A stretch of DNA of 64,000 bases, from assembly GCF_036971445.1 (NCBI RefSeq), contig NC_091481.1, forward strand, positions 83,638,001-83,702,000. Reading direction: 5' to 3'. Under the pieces are notes generated by a model. The model worked only from the letters and a program-made list of their open reading frames with translations, had not been told where the DNA came from and searched no databases. Positions 61,661-64,000 of this stretch are shown one piece after another; position 1 is the stretch's first letter, and each line of letters begins with the position of its first letter. The stretch is from Narcine bancroftii. Taxonomy: Eukaryota. A program made the translations under genes and the position numbers.

Positions 61661-62907
61661 TGTAGAATTACAACATTTAAAATAGAGGTTCGTGGACAGG
61701 GACGTTTTAGAGAGATAGGGGCTGCAGGTGAATGGGAATCATTTAAGTAGACAACTTGTTCAGCATGGGCCACTTGGAGCGAAGGATCTGTTTCTATGCT
61801 GTCAGCCTTTAGGGCTGTGCACTAAAGAGAATTAAGCAGAGCCAATATGGAATTATGAAAAGAAATTCATATGCAACCAACTTTACAGGTTGGAGCTAAT
61901 AGAATCGATGAGGAAAAACCAGTGGATGAGGTTCATTTGGAATTGACAGCGCCCTGATTCTGCACATTTGCACTGCTGAACAGTAGGAAATGCATCCATG
62001 CTTTCTGGCCATCATACCTGAGCTGTCCCAAATGCCCTTGGCTTGGATACGGCTTCTGATCATGGCTGTCGCATGAGTCACCCCTGGACCGTCCCAGCAC
62101 CACTTCTCCCAGTTGTCATCAGGAACAGCTTGAGCAGCGGCAAGACGCGGCCTGGTCTGGTTTGGCCATTCAAATGCAAAGGAAGGCAATTCTGTCAAGT
62201 GCTGACAACTGGTCATCTTGACACATGAAGCACGTTGTATTTGCCATTCTCTCAAAACCTGCAATTTAAACATTTCTACCCAAGGATCTGGAAAATCTGA
62301 AAATTCAGCCTGGATTTTAGGACTTTTACTGTATCATGTAAAGGATCTGCAGCAAGTTTCCAATTGCTTCCGATGCTTTTTTGCAATTTATACTTAACTC
62401 CGTTCTTCTATTCTCCGAAAAACCCCCTGACTCTCATATTCAAGAAGCAATATCTATTTATTTATTTGTATGTGTGACTACTTGCCCTGCATATGTATTG
62501 TTTGTATGTGTATTATGTCTGGTTGTGTGTCTGCGTGTTTTTGCTCCGAGGACCAGAGAACTAAATCGGATTCTTATTCTGAACACTGTTGTACTTGTGC
62601 AATCAGATGACAATAAACTTGACTTGACTATTGTTAAGTAAATAATTCTGGGTCAAGAATTGTTTTGCCTTGCAGCTTATTGTGTGCCAAGATTGAATTC
62701 CTCACCTGTGTCTTGCATAGTTAAAAGGAAATGTTGAATGAAAATAATTAATGCAATTTGACATATTGGCTTTGAAGGAAGAGCCACAATGAATAATTTA
62801 TTCCTTAGCAACAGTGAAGGTACTTGTTCTACAAGTTATTGTGGGCTAGGACGAGTGCAGGTAATGCGGGACAATGGTATGTGGGATAGGTTACGAAAAA
62901 GACTTAC

Positions 62908-63047
62908 CTTCTTCAGGCAGTTTCTTGTCAATGAGAATCACTTATTTCCACTGCAGTGACTTTGGTTGTAAGGATGATACAGGTACTGAGGGGAAGATGG
63001 TGCTTGTCAAGCCTTCAAGGGTTGTTCTTCACCTATTTGAATCTCTC
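62908..63047 (-). other. Candidate upstream non-coding exon of NKPD1
   Basis: Acceptor TCTCTCCAACAG| and strong donor AAG|GTAAGT; stops in all three frames. Confidence 0.4.
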
Positions 63048-63073
63048 CTGTTGGAGAGATTCAATATACTCAG

Positions 63074-64000
63074 TGTGATAGTATAGATTCCATCACCAAT
63101 GTGTATAGAATCTGTAATATCACATTCACCCCTTCTTTGAGAACCGATCCCAGGGTGAATGGAGGTTAGGGGCTGAACCGGTCAGGGGTCGCCGGAGTTG
63201 TGTCGCCAGCAAGCCTGTAGGGTGCGGCCACTGCTTCACTCAATTCCCCAACGCCGTTGTCGACAGTCTGGCCTGAGCTGGTGGGGTGGTGCTGGTCCCT
63301 CTGTTCAAGCACATGACCTGGGGGAGAATGAATAGGGGGAGGTTGGGTGAAAGGCACTGCTGCGTCTGATCCGGCTTGGGCTAGGTCCCTTACCAAGACT
63401 GTGTCCTCCCGTCCGTCTCGGTACTCAACGTAGGGATAATGTGGGTTCGCATGGAGCAGAGTCACTCGGACAACCAAGGGGTCGTTCTTAGAGTTCCGGA
63501 CGTGGCGTCGTAAAAGGACTGGACCGGGAACCATGAGCCATGCCGGTATGGTCGTACCCGACTCAGATTTCCTCGGAAAAGAGAACATCCTTTCATGGGG
63601 GGGGTGGCATTGGTCACGGTGCATAGAAGGGAGCGGATGGAGTGTAGGGCACTAGTGAGCACATCCTGCCAGCAAGAGGTGGGGAGACCTTTGGACCGGA
63701 GGGCAAGCATAACCGCTTTCCAGATGGTGGCATTCTCTCTTTTGACTTGCCCATTAGCGCATGGATTATAGCTGGTGGTCCTGCTTGAAGCAATACCAAG
63801 ATCCTGAAGGTTCTACCGCAGCTCTGCGCTCATAAACGAGGACCCCCTGTCACTGTGGATGTAACTGAGGTACCCGAAGATGGCGAAGATGCTGTGCAGG
63901 GCCTCTATAACTGAGGAAGCAGTCATATCCGAGCAGAGCACAGCGAACGGAAGCGGGAGTACTCGTTGATGGCCGTAAGGATGTAGGTGTTACGGTTGGT
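63074..64000 (-). mobile_element. Second Gypsy-type element: integrase C-terminal half, PPT and LTR remnant (continues beyond the window)
   Basis: Minus-strand HSDRG, TTSYNP..NGQV.RENATIWK, LHSIRSLLCT and LLHANPHY.YVEY.DGREDTV..RDLA; PPT AAAGAAGGGG followed by TGAA and then TGTGATA at 63124. Confidence 0.85.

Overview
This is eukaryotic, vertebrate genomic DNA, not prokaryotic. The repeat landscape (CR1/HER1-type LINEs, HE1-type tRNA-derived SINEs, Rex1/Babar-type LINEs, Penelope-like elements) points to a cartilaginous fish; that is an inference. Three spliced protein-coding genes could be reconstructed by hand with phase-consistent GT-AG junctions. (1) A 5-exon, 249-aa evectin/PLEKHB-like PH-domain gene on + (1775-17932). 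(2) BLOC1S3 on + (single coding exon 42538-43107), probably transcribed from a CpG-island promoter at about 36400-36950 that carries a perfect CLEAR/E-box, CCAAT boxes, ETS sites and CTCF-like sites. (3) NKPD1, a KAP-family P-loop protein of about 600 aa, on - (59192-46797), convergent with BLOC1S3. An NKPD1 intron holds a near full-length decayed Gypsy LTR retrotransposon (48751-52878), and a second Gypsy integrase/3' end lies at the window end. The rest is mostly interspersed repeats, minisatellites and two assembly gaps. The most notable hidden signals are about a dozen minimal hammerhead-ribozyme-like motifs carried by Penelope-like repeats, a GAE-adaptor-type DFGGF motif at the tail of the PH protein, degenerate Walker A/B motifs in NKPD1, and the apparent absence of TRAPPC6A from its expected head-to-head position beside BLOC1S3. 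I see no CRISPR array, rRNA gene or real tRNA gene, and I cannot claim a wholly new system.
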